NCBI GenBank assembly: GCA_009103225.1
Contig: RHPI01000351.1
Span: 8,943 to 28,863 of the forward strand
Length of the DNA: 19,921 bases
Direction of reading: 5' to 3'
From: Chlorokybus atmophyticus
Lineage: Eukaryota > Plantae > Mesostigma and Chlorokybus algae
The stretch's first letter is position 1. Every line of letters begins with the position of its first letter. This document shows positions 19,088-19,921 of the stretch, piece by piece. The position numbers and the translations under genes are program-made. The notes beneath the pieces were generated by a model. That model did not search any database, had not been told where the DNA came from, and saw only the letters and a program-made list of their open reading frames with translations.

Positions 19088-19921
19088 CTTCTTCCCTCGC
19101 CGCCACGCCCTTTGATCTGGTATTCCACCTCACTGTGTGTAAACCTTCTTGTTGTGCAGGCTTGCTCTGGTTTGTGTATGCACAAAGTTGAGATGCTTCA
19201 TTGTCTGTGCATGTGTGTGTGCATATGTGTTTGTGTGTTGACCAAGTTAGTCAACGCACGGCCAGCCTCTTCTTGCTCNCTGGCATGCGCTGCGCCTTCT
19301 TCCCTCGCCGCCACGCCCTTTGATCTGGTATTTCACCTCACTGTGTGTAAACCTTCTTGTTGTGCAGGCTTGCTCTGGTTTGTGTATGCACAAAGGTGAG
19401 ATGCTTCATTGTCTGTGCATGTGTGTGTGCATATGTGTTTGTGTTTTGACCAAGTTAGTCAACGCACGGCCAGCCTCTTCTTGCCCAGTCTCTGTTGGCA
19501 TGCGCCGTCGCCTTCTTCCCTCGCCGCCACGCCCTCTGATCTGGTATTCCACCTCACTGTGTGTAAACCTTCTTGTTGTGCAGGCTTGCTCTGGTTTGTG
19601 TATGTCTCTGTTGGCATGCTTGCTTGTGTATATCGGCTTGGCTGCGCCACGACGCGAGAGAGCTGCGGCAAACCGTTGCCGACTTGCGCAGGAAGGTATG
19701 ACTTGCACTATCTGTAAGCTGCTGATATCTGTTGGTAGCATGCATTGTGACNGTTCCACCTCACTGTGTGTAAACCTTCTTGTCGTGCAGGCTTGCTCTG
19801 GTTTGTGTATGCACAAAGGTGAGATGCTTCATTGTTTGTGCATGTGTGTGTGCATATGTGTTTGTGTGTTGACCAAGTTAGTCAACGCACGGCCAGCCTC
19901 TTCTTGCCCAGTCTCTGTTGG
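19088..19921. repeat. ~210-bp tandem repeat array running off the window
   Basis: CTTCCCTCGCCGCCACGCCCT at 19091, 19299 and 19515; a fourth partial unit from 19754. N bases at 19279 and 19752. Confidence 0.9.

Overview
This is a eukaryotic, most likely chlorophyte green-algal, transposon-dense window with no recognisable host housekeeping gene. The green-algal call is an inference from short GT-AG introns, TG-rich introns, TGTAA poly(A)-type signals and an Osser-type PBS. From left to right it reads as a nested stack. (1) The 3' half (RT-RNase H, PPT, 3' LTR) of a Ty1/copia element on + is inserted into the integrase of (2) a second copia on - (5' LTR, half-tRNA PBS, gag-PR-IN). That copia is inserted into the protease of (3) a Ty3/gypsy-like element on - with an unusually long (~1,470 codon) gag-to-protease frame and a 315-bp LTR lacking a canonical PBS. 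The gypsy abuts (4) a CACTA/EnSpm-like element end with GGACCA-N4-TGGTCC subterminal palindromes, which abuts (5) a copia integrase fragment. That fragment abuts (6) a second CACTA-like element carrying an apparently intact ~13-exon TnpA-like gene, a further unknown ORF, an 88-nt hairpin and several tandem arrays. All retroelement frames are broken by frameshifts or stops. All family assignments come from motif recognition by eye, not from database searches.
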